A DNA stretch of 64,000 nucleotides. It comes from Patescibacteria group bacterium (GTDB lineage: Bacteria; Patescibacteriota; Patescibacteriia; Magasanikbacterales; JBBTQS01). The stretch spans positions 256,741 to 320,740 of the forward strand of contig JBBTQS010000001.1 in NCBI GenBank assembly GCA_038065555.1. The letters are read 5' to 3'. The first letter of the stretch is position 1. Each line of letters opens with the position of its first letter. This document shows positions 10,879 to 20,059 of the stretch, piece after piece. A model generated the notes under the pieces. That model had not been told where the DNA came from. It ran no database searches and saw nothing but the letters and a program-made list of their open reading frames with translations. The translations under genes were made by a program, and so were the position numbers.

Positions 10879-10897
10879 AAATTTATTCAGTTATAGA

Positions 10898-11845
10898 TTA
10901 GTGAGAGGATCCGCCGTGCTCATCAGTATTAGTTGTAGTTTCGTGATCTGCTGGAGCTTGTCCCTCACTGCCGACCGAAACGGTGATAGGGAAAGTTTTC
11001 ACTTGTCCATTAATACTAAATTGAGCAAAGATCGTATAGGTTCCTTTAGTTGGGAATTCTGACTCAAATACGACTTTTCCGTCTATCGGCTTAGTTTCGG
11101 TAATTGGATGGCCGTGAATAAAGTCATCGGGATCTCCGTGACGAAGTACAACAACATGACCAAACGCACCCAAATATGGATCGATTTGAGTGATCAGCTT
11201 TCCATTCTGCGTCAACGAGAAAATTAAGTTTGCATGTTCTTTCGTTTTTAATTCAGACGCTGTTTGCAGAGTTGCTTGAATGCCGCTTACTGTTGCGGAC
11301 ATGTTTGCGCTTACACTCGGAAATTGTGGTTGCTGTGTTGTGCCACCAATGGTAAGCGGAACACGCAAGGTGATCGGACTTTCTTCTACAGGCTCGATAT
11401 CTACGTACATCTGATACGCGCCCTGATTAGCTATAGTTGTCTTTACAGTCCATTGGCCGTCATTGTATTCGGGATGAACATGCTGGAAGCCGGTCATATC
11501 GTCACGCAACAGAATTAAGTGCATGCGTTTCTCGTGTACGACTTTTAAGTCAGCCAGTCCAAACTCGTGAGCGTCGGCTCCATACAATTTAAAGGCCAGC
11601 GTAACTTCGCCCGGCTTTAAGCCGTCTGCATTTTGCAGATCAATTCTTGTTCCAGCCAATTTTGCTCCATGCATCGCATCGTGAGCATGATCACCACGGG
11701 TGGTTACATCTTGCTTGGTCATGTGCGTGTTTTCAGCAACCGTTTTAGGAACATCCTGATCAGCAGTCTTCGCTCTCATAAACCCGTAACCTATTACAGC
11801 TGCGGCAATCATGACTATTGAGATGATGGGGATTAATTTTTTCAT
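10898..11845 (-). CDS. Secreted His-rich heavy-metal-binding protein
   Basis: Signal/TM MKKLIPII; DHAHDAMH; duplicated motifs HEKRMHLI..FQHVHP and PYLGAFGH..FIHGHP. Confidence 0.8.
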   Translation of the reverse strand: MKKLIPIISIVMIAAAVIGYGFMRAKTADQDVPKTVAENTHMTKQDVTTRGDHAHDAMHGAKLAGTRIDLQNADGLKPGEVTLAFKLYGADAHEFGLADLKVVHEKRMHLILLRDDMTGFQHVHPEYNDGQWTVKTTIANQGAYQMYVDIEPVEESPITLRVPLTIGGTTQQPQFPSVSANMSATVSGIQATLQTASELKTKEHANLIFSLTQNGKLITQIDPYLGAFGHVVVLRHGDPDDFIHGHPITETKPIDGKVVFESEFPTKGTYTIFAQFSINGQVKTFPITVSVGSEGQAPADHETTTNTDEHGGSSH

Positions 11846-11932
11846 AGGAAGATTAATTGCGATGAATGAATACCAAAAAAAGCCAACAGGAGGGCCATTC
11901 ACAAAAAGGTTTACCCTTTGGATGAATGAATG

Positions 11933-12379
11933 CTAGCAAGAAAAAGCTACGTTGTATTTTTTAGCGTTGAGTATCCCCCTTGAAAAGGCTAACCGTAAGT
12001 AACGGAGAGCAAAAATCTCTAAATTTTTTCGCATACAAAGCCGAACGAAAAAGGCGAGATATTGTTCAAAGTGTTCAAAAATTCGACGTCCTATAATTAC
12101 CGATACGAAAATAAGCCCAGTTGCCAAAACCCTATATAAATCCTGCGAGTGATTTTTAGCAGTGAGAAGAGCTTCCACTAAAGTATGGTCCAATTTTAAA
12201 AGACTGGTTCCACAACACTCCTCGTTGCCCTGAGCGAGAAGGACAACCGATTTAGAAGTTGAACTGTGTGCCGACACCCCGGAATGATGGTTCAAAGCAC
12301 AAAATAAACCCAAAAAAATCCCTGCAACAGAGAGGAGGACTAGAACAATCTTTATCTTTTGAGTAACCGCGAAAAACAT
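11933..12379 (-). CDS. Small two-TM His/Cys-containing hypothetical protein leading the metal operon
   Basis: Hydrophobic N-terminus, HH..H..ECCG..H loop, second TM, C-terminal FSRGILNAKKY. Confidence 0.65.
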   Translation of the reverse strand: MFFAVTQKIKIVLVLLSVAGIFLGLFCALNHHSGVSAHSSTSKSVVLLAQGNEECCGTSLLKLDHTLVEALLTAKNHSQDLYRVLATGLIFVSVIIGRRIFEHFEQYLAFFVRLCMRKNLEIFALRYLRLAFSRGILNAKKYNVAFSC

Positions 12380-12529
12380 ACAATGATTATAGCTTTTTTC
12401 ATAGATCTGTAAAGGACTCACAATGTGACGATGCATCTTTTTGCTCCGATCACATTTACAACATCAAAATCCTCTAAAGAAAAACCCGCACTCATGTTGA
12501 GCGCGGGGTTTGTCGTCACAGTGTCAGCG

Positions 12530-12805
12530 TCAGCCGATTTGCACCACGCTGATGCGGTGAGCCATGAGCACAAAGACCACTTCGAGCTCGAGCCCACCGA
12601 GTACCCGAATCTCCCAGGACACAGGCACATGACTCCCACTGTCCATCACGCCGACGAAGTTCGCCTGGAGCGCCTTGACAATGAGATCGAAGTCCTTCGG
12701 CGACTCGCTAGTGCAGCTTGCGAAACTCAAGGACAGGTAGTGACCGCCTCCGTCGTACTCGGCACGTTCGAACGTGGCTTCTTCCCCTTGAATCATGAAT
12801 TTCAT
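12530..12805 (-). CDS. Orphan hypothetical protein (SD-led cassette)
   Basis: GAGAGGAG 7 nt before ATG; own promoter at 12879-12907; hairpin AAACCCGC..GCGGGGTTT at about 12482-12511 downstream. Confidence 0.65.
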   Translation of the reverse strand: MKFMIQGEEATFERAEYDGGGHYLSLSFASCTSESPKDFDLIVKALQANFVGVMDSGSHVPVSWEIRVLGGLELEVVFVLMAHRISVVQIG

Positions 12806-12878
12806 CCAGACACTCCTCTCTTGCGTGTTACATCAACAGGACAGCATACTCAGCGAGCATGCGAACCAGTGACGTGGG

Positions 12879-12907
12879 AGAGTAGCGCACTTAGCACATT
12901 CTGTCAA
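12879..12907 (-). promoter_or_regulatory. Sigma70-type promoter
   Basis: TTGACA-N17-TACTCT. Confidence 0.7.
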
Positions 12908-12981
12908 TACTGTAAGGTCGTCCTGACCTCGTTGACGACCCAATACACTCCTGCTTACAAGTGGTACAATCTAAACACTCT

Positions 12982-13479
12982 ATGAAGATCCATACTATCC
13001 TTCTCTGCTCCGTTCTTGTGTTCGTTGGCGCAGGATGTGCTCCCCAAAAACCAACCGAACAAATACCACTTCCCCAAGTGCCACATACTGCTGAGGTTAT
13101 TCCACCAGGCGGTAAGCAAATATTTTGGTGCGGTGCGCGTCATCGCACACATATCGAATCAAGGACAGAAACCACATTGTGGATTTACCCCGAGAGCTTT
13201 AGTGGCATGCACCACGAACCAACGATTTACCACGTGTGCAACAACACTGATGAGCTGTTCTCGATTCAGATGCAGCAATCATCTGCAGACAATACGTACA
13301 CTTGGAACTTTGTAGTTCCTGGAAGTAACTCTGCATTTGCGTTCACTGCCCTCTCGCGCGATCCCGAAGTTGACCTCATGGAAGAGGAGAGCACTGCAGA
13401 TACTATACTGATTACTATCGACGGGCGCGTATACTTCTACGAGACTGCAACAAAGCAATTTTTTGCGCAAAAAAAATAG
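12982..13479 (+). CDS. Putative lipoprotein
   Basis: MKIHTILLCSVLVFVGAGC lipobox-like signal; TGG-TACAAT just upstream. Confidence 0.75.
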   Translation: MKIHTILLCSVLVFVGAGCAPQKPTEQIPLPQVPHTAEVIPPGGKQIFWCGARHRTHIESRTETTLWIYPESFSGMHHEPTIYHVCNNTDELFSIQMQQSSADNTYTWNFVVPGSNSAFAFTALSRDPEVDLMEEESTADTILITIDGRVYFYETATKQFFAQKK

Positions 13480-13550
13480 TCTGCGCACATGCGCAGACTA
13501 TTTCACAACATACTCTTTGGAGACTCAAGCAAAAGTTGCGACGATCTTGA
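13469..13550 (-). ncRNA. Candidate ~80-nt small RNA
   Basis: Lies between a consensus promoter (13557-13585) and a 14-bp inverted repeat (13474-13503) followed by a U-tract on the minus strand; no credible ORF. Confidence 0.5.
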
Positions 13551-13556
13551 CTTGAA

Positions 13557-13585
13557 ATACTAGCACAAAAATCACCTTTTGTCAA
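13557..13585 (-). promoter_or_regulatory. Sigma70 promoter with extended -10
   Basis: TTGACA-N17-TAGTAT with TGC before the -10. Confidence 0.75.
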
Positions 13586-13595
13586 GGACAATACC

Positions 13596-13623
13596 AAAAC
13601 ACCGCTTAATTGAGCGGTGTTTT
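13596..13623. terminator. Terminator of the ABC operon
   Basis: AAAACACCGCTT..GAGCGGTGTTTT inverted repeat. Confidence 0.75.
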
Positions 13624-13634
13624 GCATCTGTGCA

Positions 13635-14417
13635 TTATCGTCCGCTATACTTCCGGAACAAGATTGCGGCAGTTGGAATCGCCACAATAGTAATCGCCAC
13701 GCACCAGATCACCGTGATCCACCAGTGATTCCCCATCGGCGTTCCAATCATGAGCGAACGGATAGTCTCGATCACATGCGTGATCGGCTGGTTCTCTGCG
13801 AAGATGCGCAAATACTTCGCCATGGTCTCGGTTGGCGCAAATGCAGCGCTCGCAAACGTCAGCGGGAACACAAGGAAGAATCCCATCCACTGCACAGCCT
13901 CGATAGACTTCGCAAGCAACCCAAGAATTGCAGCAACCCACGACATCGCAAACGTGAAGAGCAAAATCACGCCGAGAATTGCCAACCACTCCACAGGCGT
14001 TGCCGTTGGACGAAATCCAACGAGCAGCCCCACGAGCACCATGATCACACACTGAATCACATTGCGAACAAGATCAGCTGTGACATGTCCCATGAGCACT
14101 CCCCATCCTGCAGCTGGCAATGTCTTGAATCGCTCAATAATACCGCGCTGCAAATCCACCGCAACACTCAACGAGGTCGTCATAGACCCAAAGGCAATAC
14201 ACTGCACGAGAATTCCCGCGAGCAAGAAGTCGATATAGCTCACGGAACCTGTCTGAATCGCACCACCAAATACGTAACGAAATAGCACCATGAACATGAT
14301 CGGCTGAACTGTGAGGCCCAGGATCTGATCAGGATTCTTGAAAATGTGGGACAAGCTGCGCTTGATGAACACCCACAAATCACTACAGAGCCAGTACAGG
14401 GAAGAATGTGTAGTCAT
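13635..14417 (-). CDS. ABC-2 transporter permease, DrrB-like
   Basis: QPIMFMVLFRYVFGGAI, GIIERFKTLP, PLTFASAAFAP..AENQP. Confidence 0.9.
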   Translation of the reverse strand: MTTHSSLYWLCSDLWVFIKRSLSHIFKNPDQILGLTVQPIMFMVLFRYVFGGAIQTGSVSYIDFLLAGILVQCIAFGSMTTSLSVAVDLQRGIIERFKTLPAAGWGVLMGHVTADLVRNVIQCVIMVLVGLLVGFRPTATPVEWLAILGVILLFTFAMSWVAAILGLLAKSIEAVQWMGFFLVFPLTFASAAFAPTETMAKYLRIFAENQPITHVIETIRSLMIGTPMGNHWWITVIWCVAITIVAIPTAAILFRKYSGR

Positions 14418-14421
14418 AGTA

Positions 14422-15381
14422 TTATGCGGTTGTGTCATCGTTCTTTTGCTCTGCCTGGTGTCCTGTGAGCTGCAAAAATACATCATCGAGCGTCGGCTTG
14501 TGCAAGGACAGCGTCTCAATCTCGATCGATGCAGACTCCATACGATCGAGCACACGCTTGATCTCGCTCACCGTACCGCCCGTTGCAACACTGATAACAC
14601 GCTTCTGCGCATCGTGCTGCATCGCCTCACCATCTATAACCTCAATCGCTTTTTCGAACGAACTTCCTTCCTTGATCGTGAGCTCGAGTCGCTCCTTGCC
14701 CACTCGATCCTTGAGCTCGCTCGCAGTTCCCTGCGCAATAATGCGACCACCATCGAGCACGGCAATGCGATCAGCGAGCTTGTCTGCTTCTTCGAGATAC
14801 TGCGTTGTGAGCAAAATAGTCGTATCTGATGCGACGAGCTGCTCGATCACACTCCACATCGCCATGCGGCTACGCGGATCAAGCCCCGTTGTTGGTTCAT
14901 CGAGAAAGACAATCGGTGGTGTGGCAATCAATGACAACGCGAGATCGAGTCTGCGTCGCATACCACCTGAGTAGGTCTTCACTACACGATTTGCTGCCTC
15001 GACCAGATCGAACTGCACGAGCAATTCATTGCCACGCTTAATACTTTCGGCTTTCGACAAATGATAGAGTCTGCCCATCATTTCGAGGTTTTCCATGGCA
15101 GTGAGATACTCGTCCACGGCAGCGTATTGACCTGTGAGGCCGATACTTGCACGAACACCGTCAGGATTCTCTACAACATTGTACCCGTTGACTACAACGT
15201 CACCACTGTCTGGTTGCAACAAGGTAGAAAGAATGCGGACAGTAGTTGTTTTGCCTGCACCGTTTGGCCCGAGCAGTGCGAGTACCTCACCACGCTTGAC
15301 GGTGAGATCGAGCCCCTTCAATACTTCGAGGTTTTTGTACGACTTCTTGAGATTGCTGATGTGAATTGCGTGGTCTTGCAT
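14422..15381 (-). CDS. ABC transporter ATP-binding protein, DrrA-like
   Basis: GPNGAGKTT, YSGGMRRRLDLA, FLDEPTTGLDPRSR, PTLDDVFLQLTG. Confidence 0.93.
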   Translation of the reverse strand: MQDHAIHISNLKKSYKNLEVLKGLDLTVKRGEVLALLGPNGAGKTTTVRILSTLLQPDSGDVVVNGYNVVENPDGVRASIGLTGQYAAVDEYLTAMENLEMMGRLYHLSKAESIKRGNELLVQFDLVEAANRVVKTYSGGMRRRLDLALSLIATPPIVFLDEPTTGLDPRSRMAMWSVIEQLVASDTTILLTTQYLEEADKLADRIAVLDGGRIIAQGTASELKDRVGKERLELTIKEGSSFEKAIEVIDGEAMQHDAQKRVISVATGGTVSEIKRVLDRMESASIEIETLSLHKPTLDDVFLQLTGHQAEQKNDDTTA

Positions 15382-15392
15382 AGGGCAGTATA

Positions 15393-15911
15393 TTAGCGGT
15401 TCTCGATGAAATTGGCAATGGCTGCAGGGAGAATCTGATGCTTGTGATCAGGAATCGTATTCTCTGGCAACGCGTCGATTGGGAACCACTGACCAGTATA
15501 TGCAGCGTCAGACACTGCAGCTGGATCACCAGCCAGCTCCACTACATGCACACGAGACTCAATCCAGCCACGCGGCTCCTGCCAATACACATCTGTCACA
15601 TACGTTGTGGAGACAATAGGTACCTGGAATTCCTTCGCAGCGATTCGCGCAAAGACGTCACGAGGTGTTTCGCCATTTCGCAAAATACTTCCTGGTGTGT
15701 GCCAGAGGCCCGCATACGACTCACCACGCGCACGCTGTGTAAGAAATATTTCTGCGTCCCCCGCCGCCGTGCGTCGCAATGCAACTGCTTCGATCGCAAT
15801 ACTTGGCAACACACGCATTGCTCGCTCAAAGAATGTGTGTTGGTAATACTTGGTATTGTCCACGAAGGGCAACAGTTTCGAAATAATCCACTGAGAAATC
15901 GTATTGAACAT
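15393..15911 (-). CDS. NUDIX-fold hydrolase (degenerate Nudix box)
   Basis: IFLTQR..YAGLWHTPGSILRNGETPRDVFARIAAKEF; GQWFPIDALP. Confidence 0.8.
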   Translation of the reverse strand: MFNTISQWIISKLLPFVDNTKYYQHTFFERAMRVLPSIAIEAVALRRTAAGDAEIFLTQRARGESYAGLWHTPGSILRNGETPRDVFARIAAKEFQVPIVSTTYVTDVYWQEPRGWIESRVHVVELAGDPAAVSDAAYTGQWFPIDALPENTIPDHKHQILPAAIANFIENR

Positions 15912-16004
15912 AGTGTGCGTATTGTAGCAGAGTGCTCTACAAAAATTGAAGACCCCGAGCTGCGTGATGCAACTCAGGGTCGTCGTTCAGTCTGCGGTCG
16001 TCAC

Positions 16005-16694
16005 TCAGACGCCGGAGAGCTGGATGCTCATGTAGTCTCCAAGCTCGCCAGTGCGCCACGCAGCAACCGCCTTGTCGACGATGCCGCGAACCATGCCATG
16101 GTGGACGCAGAGCTTCGACCGATCGAGGTCTCGCACACGGTGCCAGTTGGTCCTGTCTTCGGGCAGTACGCCGACGTCACCGTAGTAGATGAGCCCGAGA
16201 CACGAGCCCCGCGTGTCGTGGTTCATGTGAAGATCCACGAAACTCACGATGCTCGGGAGTGCGAACGGGAACTCCATGCTCTGCAGCCGCTTCGCAACGT
16301 CCCCGATGTCCTCTAGGGGTCGAAGGATCGATCCTGGAACGTGCAGCAGCCCTGCGTAGTGCGGATCGTCGCTCGAACGCTTCGTCATGTAGACCCATGC
16401 GTACCCCTCATCCGGATCACGCGCGATGAGAACCATCTCCAGGGCAACTGCAGCGCGCGCTCGCATGAGTGCCTCGAAGACTGCGGGTGGGAGCACGCGC
16501 CAGTCCTTGACCATTCGCAGCAACGCCGGCAGAACCTTGAATGCCTCTGTGTCGCTTGTGAGCGTCTGAATGACATTGACGAGGAGTGCGATCCGCTCAG
16601 CAGCTGGCAAGTTGCACGCCAGATTCTGCACGTACTCACGATGTTGCTGCATCGCGAGAGTCGTTCCTTGTCCTTGCACGTCAGTATCAGCCAC
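16005..16694 (-). CDS. NUDIX-fold protein paralog with N-terminal helical extension (SD-led cassette)
   Basis: VYMTKRS..YAGLLHVPGSILRPLEDIGDVAKRLQSMEF; GAGAGGTG before GTG; promoter TTGACA-N17-TAGTGT at 16762-16790. Confidence 0.75.
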   Translation of the reverse strand: MADTDVQGQGTTLAMQQHREYVQNLACNLPAAERIALLVNVIQTLTSDTEAFKVLPALLRMVKDWRVLPPAVFEALMRARAAVALEMVLIARDPDEGYAWVYMTKRSSDDPHYAGLLHVPGSILRPLEDIGDVAKRLQSMEFPFALPSIVSFVDLHMNHDTRGSCLGLIYYGDVGVLPEDRTNWHRVRDLDRSKLCVHHGMVRGIVDKAVAAWRTGELGDYMSIQLSGV

Positions 16695-16792
16695 GATTCA
16701 CCTCTCAATTGTTGGTTGTTATACCACGTCATTCCAGCACACATGCGCTGGCTAACAATGGACACTACAACAAAATCAGCAGACTGTCAATA

Positions 16793-17722
16793 CTACAGCC
16801 GCTGCAACTGATCCTCCTGTCCACCCGGAACCTCACCACGCTCGTGCTTGCCTCGACAGATTTCTGTACAAAATCCGCCTTCTTTTGCAACGCAAGATTC
16901 GCAGCAGAGGAAATGTCGCTTCTCACGACAGTGTAGATACGCACAATCTATATAATTTTCGGTGGCGTTGCCACACCATCCGCACTTCCCAACTACTACG
17001 TGCGCTGGGTCTGCAATATTGAACCCCATCGTAATGCGTCCATCAAAGACATACAGCTGCCCAAGAAAATCTTCGTTCGGATACTTCTCCATGTACGTGA
17101 CGATTCCATTGTACAACTGATACACATCTGCAAATCCCTTCTTGATCAGGAATCCACTCGCCTTTTCGCACCGCACACCACCCGTACACACTGTTACGAT
17201 AGTCTTGCCGCGCAAATGCTCGAGCTGCGGCAAGATCGACGGAAGATCACGAGAATTCTGCAGTGGTGGCAACACACTATTCTTGAAGAACCCAACGGCA
17301 TGCTCGTAGTCATTGCGCATGTCAACAATATAGAACTCCTTGTCGGAGTGAATCCACTCATGGAGCTCTTCTGCAGTAATATATTTGCCTGTCATCTCTT
17401 GCGGGTTCACATCATCCTCTCCCAGTCGCCAGCCCACAATCTCATTGCGCACCTTCACTGCCAATTTTGGAAATGCATCGCCCGTACCCTCACTTCGCTT
17501 GAAATCTACGTCAGCAAATTGTGGCTGCTCCTGCATCCACTTCACGAACACCTCAACCTCATCTGGAGTACCCTCGAACGTTCCATTCACTCCTTCGTGC
17601 GCAACAAGCAGCCGCCCCTTGAGATGGAGCTGCTGTGCCAAGTTCCGCGCAGCGTCAGCCCATGATTGAGGGTCCACAACGTGCGTGTACTTGTAGAAAA
17701 GAATGATGGTTGTTGGAGTCAT
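16793..17722 (-). CDS. trhO: Rhodanese-domain tRNA uridine(34) hydroxylase (TrhO/YceA family)
   Basis: LFYKY, LKGRLLVAHEGVNGT, DMRNDYE, CTGGVRCEKAS, YVFDGR. Confidence 0.9.
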   Translation of the reverse strand: MTPTTIILFYKYTHVVDPQSWADAARNLAQQLHLKGRLLVAHEGVNGTFEGTPDEVEVFVKWMQEQPQFADVDFKRSEGTGDAFPKLAVKVRNEIVGWRLGEDDVNPQEMTGKYITAEELHEWIHSDKEFYIVDMRNDYEHAVGFFKNSVLPPLQNSRDLPSILPQLEHLRGKTIVTVCTGGVRCEKASGFLIKKGFADVYQLYNGIVTYMEKYPNEDFLGQLYVFDGRITMGFNIADPAHVVVGKCGWCGNATENYIDCAYLHCREKRHFLCCESCVAKEGGFCTEICRGKHERGEVPGGQEDQLQRL

Positions 17723-17805
17723 AGTCGTCACCATCCTACAGAAATCTACCTTTCTTGGCAAGCAAAACACCGCGCCAAGTGACGCGGTGCTGTTGCGCGA
17801 TTTGT

Positions 17806-19041
17806 CTAGAATTGAACTGTATTTGGCGAATGTTCAACGGCCCAGAGTGGGAGACCAACAACCGATGGCGCTGTATATACACTCCACACAACTTTAGCAG
17901 GATTAATCTGTACCGAGAGCGTATCGCCAGATGTTGCTGCATGTGTGTCGAGCGTCACAATCAACGGGAAGGCATTTGAAATCGAATTCACCACAACATC
18001 TTTGAACTCAGCGTCGGTGAACACCACGTCGTCGTTCTTGCTCCCCAAATCCTTTGGTCCTGCAACATATGACTTCTGTGCAAGCAGATTAGCAGGGCTC
18101 ACACTGTCCTTATACACCGAGAGAACATATGGTGTATGCGCCGCTGGTGACTTGATCGTTGTGTCAACGGTAAGACCGATGGACCGGAGGGTGTATGGTA
18201 CTTCCTCAACGTTCATCCAGAGAGGGAGAATATGCTGAGGCGTGTGTCCAACTCGTGACTCCATTACACGTGTCTGCACTGGAGACGCACCAACACCAGT
18301 AAGCGGCGTAGAAGTCGGCACATACTTGATGGTTGGCATCGCTGGATACACCGTAATCGAAGGCACTGCACCACTCACTGCCACTCGACGTCGCGCATCG
18401 GTAAGGACGTCATTTGCCATAACGAGCTTGGGCGCGATTTGGAACGAATATGTACATGCTGCAGCTCCTGACTCGTGATAGGTATTTGTATGCGCAATCA
18501 ACCAGAATCGCTTGGTCTGATTAGGGCCGATCATTGATTCAAACCCATCAATAACGACGGGGTTCTTGGGATCCTTGGAAACTGCCTTGTAGGACGCAAT
18601 CGTGGTTGGCGTTGGACCTTCCCCCTCTTTGAGCGACACATACGGCACATTGCAGAGCGTTGATGTCGCCATCATCCCCTGCGTCGCTCCCAATTGTCGT
18701 GCTGCAAATGTAATTGACGAAATCGAAATCGGATTTACCGTGGTATTGGTGAAGTCATACGTGTACACATTGAGACTCGCCTCCTGTGGGACTAGTGCGG
18801 TTGGCGTATGCTCTGGAACAGTTTTGACCATGATATCAAATGCAGGCGCCGCAACCTTTTGCATCTTCTTCGCTGGCGCAGCATTGGTTACTCCACCCCA
18901 AATTCCAATGCCAGCAGTTCCCAACACCACGAGTGCTGCAACGAGCACGCGTGATCCAGATGTACTAGACCGCGGCATAGGATGTGGACAGCTGTCTCCT
19001 GAGCACTGGTGATTCGGGCGTCGTGTCGAAGGTGCGCGCAT
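17806..19041 (-). CDS. Secreted surface protein with an S-layer-like C-terminal domain
   Basis: Hydrophobic signal VLVAALVVLGTAGIGIWGG; C-terminal segment similar to the C-terminus of 37216..40914; start uncertain (19041 or 18978). Confidence 0.75.
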   Translation of the reverse strand: MRAPSTRRPNHQCSGDSCPHPMPRSSTSGSRVLVAALVVLGTAGIGIWGGVTNAAPAKKMQKVAAPAFDIMVKTVPEHTPTALVPQEASLNVYTYDFTNTTVNPISISSITFAARQLGATQGMMATSTLCNVPYVSLKEGEGPTPTTIASYKAVSKDPKNPVVIDGFESMIGPNQTKRFWLIAHTNTYHESGAAACTYSFQIAPKLVMANDVLTDARRRVAVSGAVPSITVYPAMPTIKYVPTSTPLTGVGASPVQTRVMESRVGHTPQHILPLWMNVEEVPYTLRSIGLTVDTTIKSPAAHTPYVLSVYKDSVSPANLLAQKSYVAGPKDLGSKNDDVVFTDAEFKDVVVNSISNAFPLIVTLDTHAATSGDTLSVQINPAKVVWSVYTAPSVVGLPLWAVEHSPNTVQF

Positions 19042-19081
19042 ACGTGACTTGAAAAGTATATATGCACGAGTATAGCACAAA

Positions 19082-19582
19082 TCAACTGATCGCGCCTATG
19101 GTGTATTGCACTTCGCGCTCACCGAGCTTCACTATCACAACATCACCAACACCACGACCAAGGAGCGCCGATCCGATCGGCGAAATATGTGAAATGATTC
19201 CAGCGCTTGGATCACTCTCTGTTGAACCAAGGATCTGGAACGTGCGTTCGCGACCACCAGTGGTTACCGTCACGGTGTTACCTACACGTACGACATCACT
19301 CTTCTTACCCGGTGCAATAATGACTGCCTGACGAAGTTGGTTCTCGATTACCAAGATGCGATTGTTAATGCCGCGTAGCCTCCCCTTCGCCGCTTGATAC
19401 TCTGCGTTCTCCGAGAAATCTCCGAGCTCTGCAAATCGCGCAACATCTGCCGCAGCCTGACGTCGAGTGACATTCTTGAGTCGATCCAATGTCCGCTCCA
19501 ACTCATCGCATTTTTCGCGCGTCAAGAACGCATCAGCTTGATGATGCGTCCATTTGCCTGGTTTGCGATGTGGAGTCTGCAT
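19082..19582 (-). CDS. greA: Transcription elongation factor GreA
   Basis: ELGDFSENAEYQAAK; ISHISPIGSALLG. Confidence 0.95.
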   Translation of the reverse strand: MQTPHRKPGKWTHHQADAFLTREKCDELERTLDRLKNVTRRQAAADVARFAELGDFSENAEYQAAKGRLRGINNRILVIENQLRQAVIIAPGKKSDVVRVGNTVTVTTGGRERTFQILGSTESDPSAGIISHISPIGSALLGRGVGDVVIVKLGEREVQYTIGAIS

Positions 19583-19587
19583 GGAAT

Positions 19588-19974
19588 CTAGCGCACGACC
19601 AAATACGCGATGGTTGCGACAACGCCTGTGAGCAATGCACCCCAGGCCATATCAACTACAGTGAGTGTGACAGGCCAGTGACGCAATGTTGCTTGGTTAG
19701 TGAGATCATACGTTGCGTACGCCAACAATCCCAAGAATGCTCCGCGCATGAATACCGTGCTCACAGCCGATCCCGCAGCAACCGCTGGTTGCACCACAAA
19801 ATAACTAATACCAATGGCGTAGAGAACATAGAAAAGCGCAGCGGGCGCCAACGAGAACTTGGCAGCCATCAAGTCACCCAACCACTTTGCATACCACGCG
19901 CGCGCAATCACTCCGATCCACACTAGATCAATAGCAAGCAAGGCAACCAACGCAATGAGGCTTGAATACAGCAT
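19588..19974 (-). CDS. DUF2177-family membrane protein
   Basis: IDLVWIG..; GAFLGLLAYATYDLTNQATLRHWP..VDMAWG. Confidence 0.88.
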   Translation of the reverse strand: MLYSSLIALVALLAIDLVWIGVIARAWYAKWLGDLMAAKFSLAPAALFYVLYAIGISYFVVQPAVAAGSAVSTVFMRGAFLGLLAYATYDLTNQATLRHWPVTLTVVDMAWGALLTGVVATIAYLVVR

Positions 19975-20059
19975 AAAATAAAATATAGCGTCAGTATAAA
20001 ACGAAAACCCCCGGAGCGCCATGCCTTGTTAAAGACATGGACGCTCCGAGGGTCAACGG

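Noticed and set aside
5835-12530. attL/attR duplication of the tRNA-Gln 3' end around the metal islet
   Set aside because: No second copy of the tRNA 3' sequence was found by eye, so mobility is unproven.
12425-12985. 186-aa plus-strand ORF
   Set aside because: It runs through a terminator and two promoters and is antisense to the SD-supported 12530..12805 gene.
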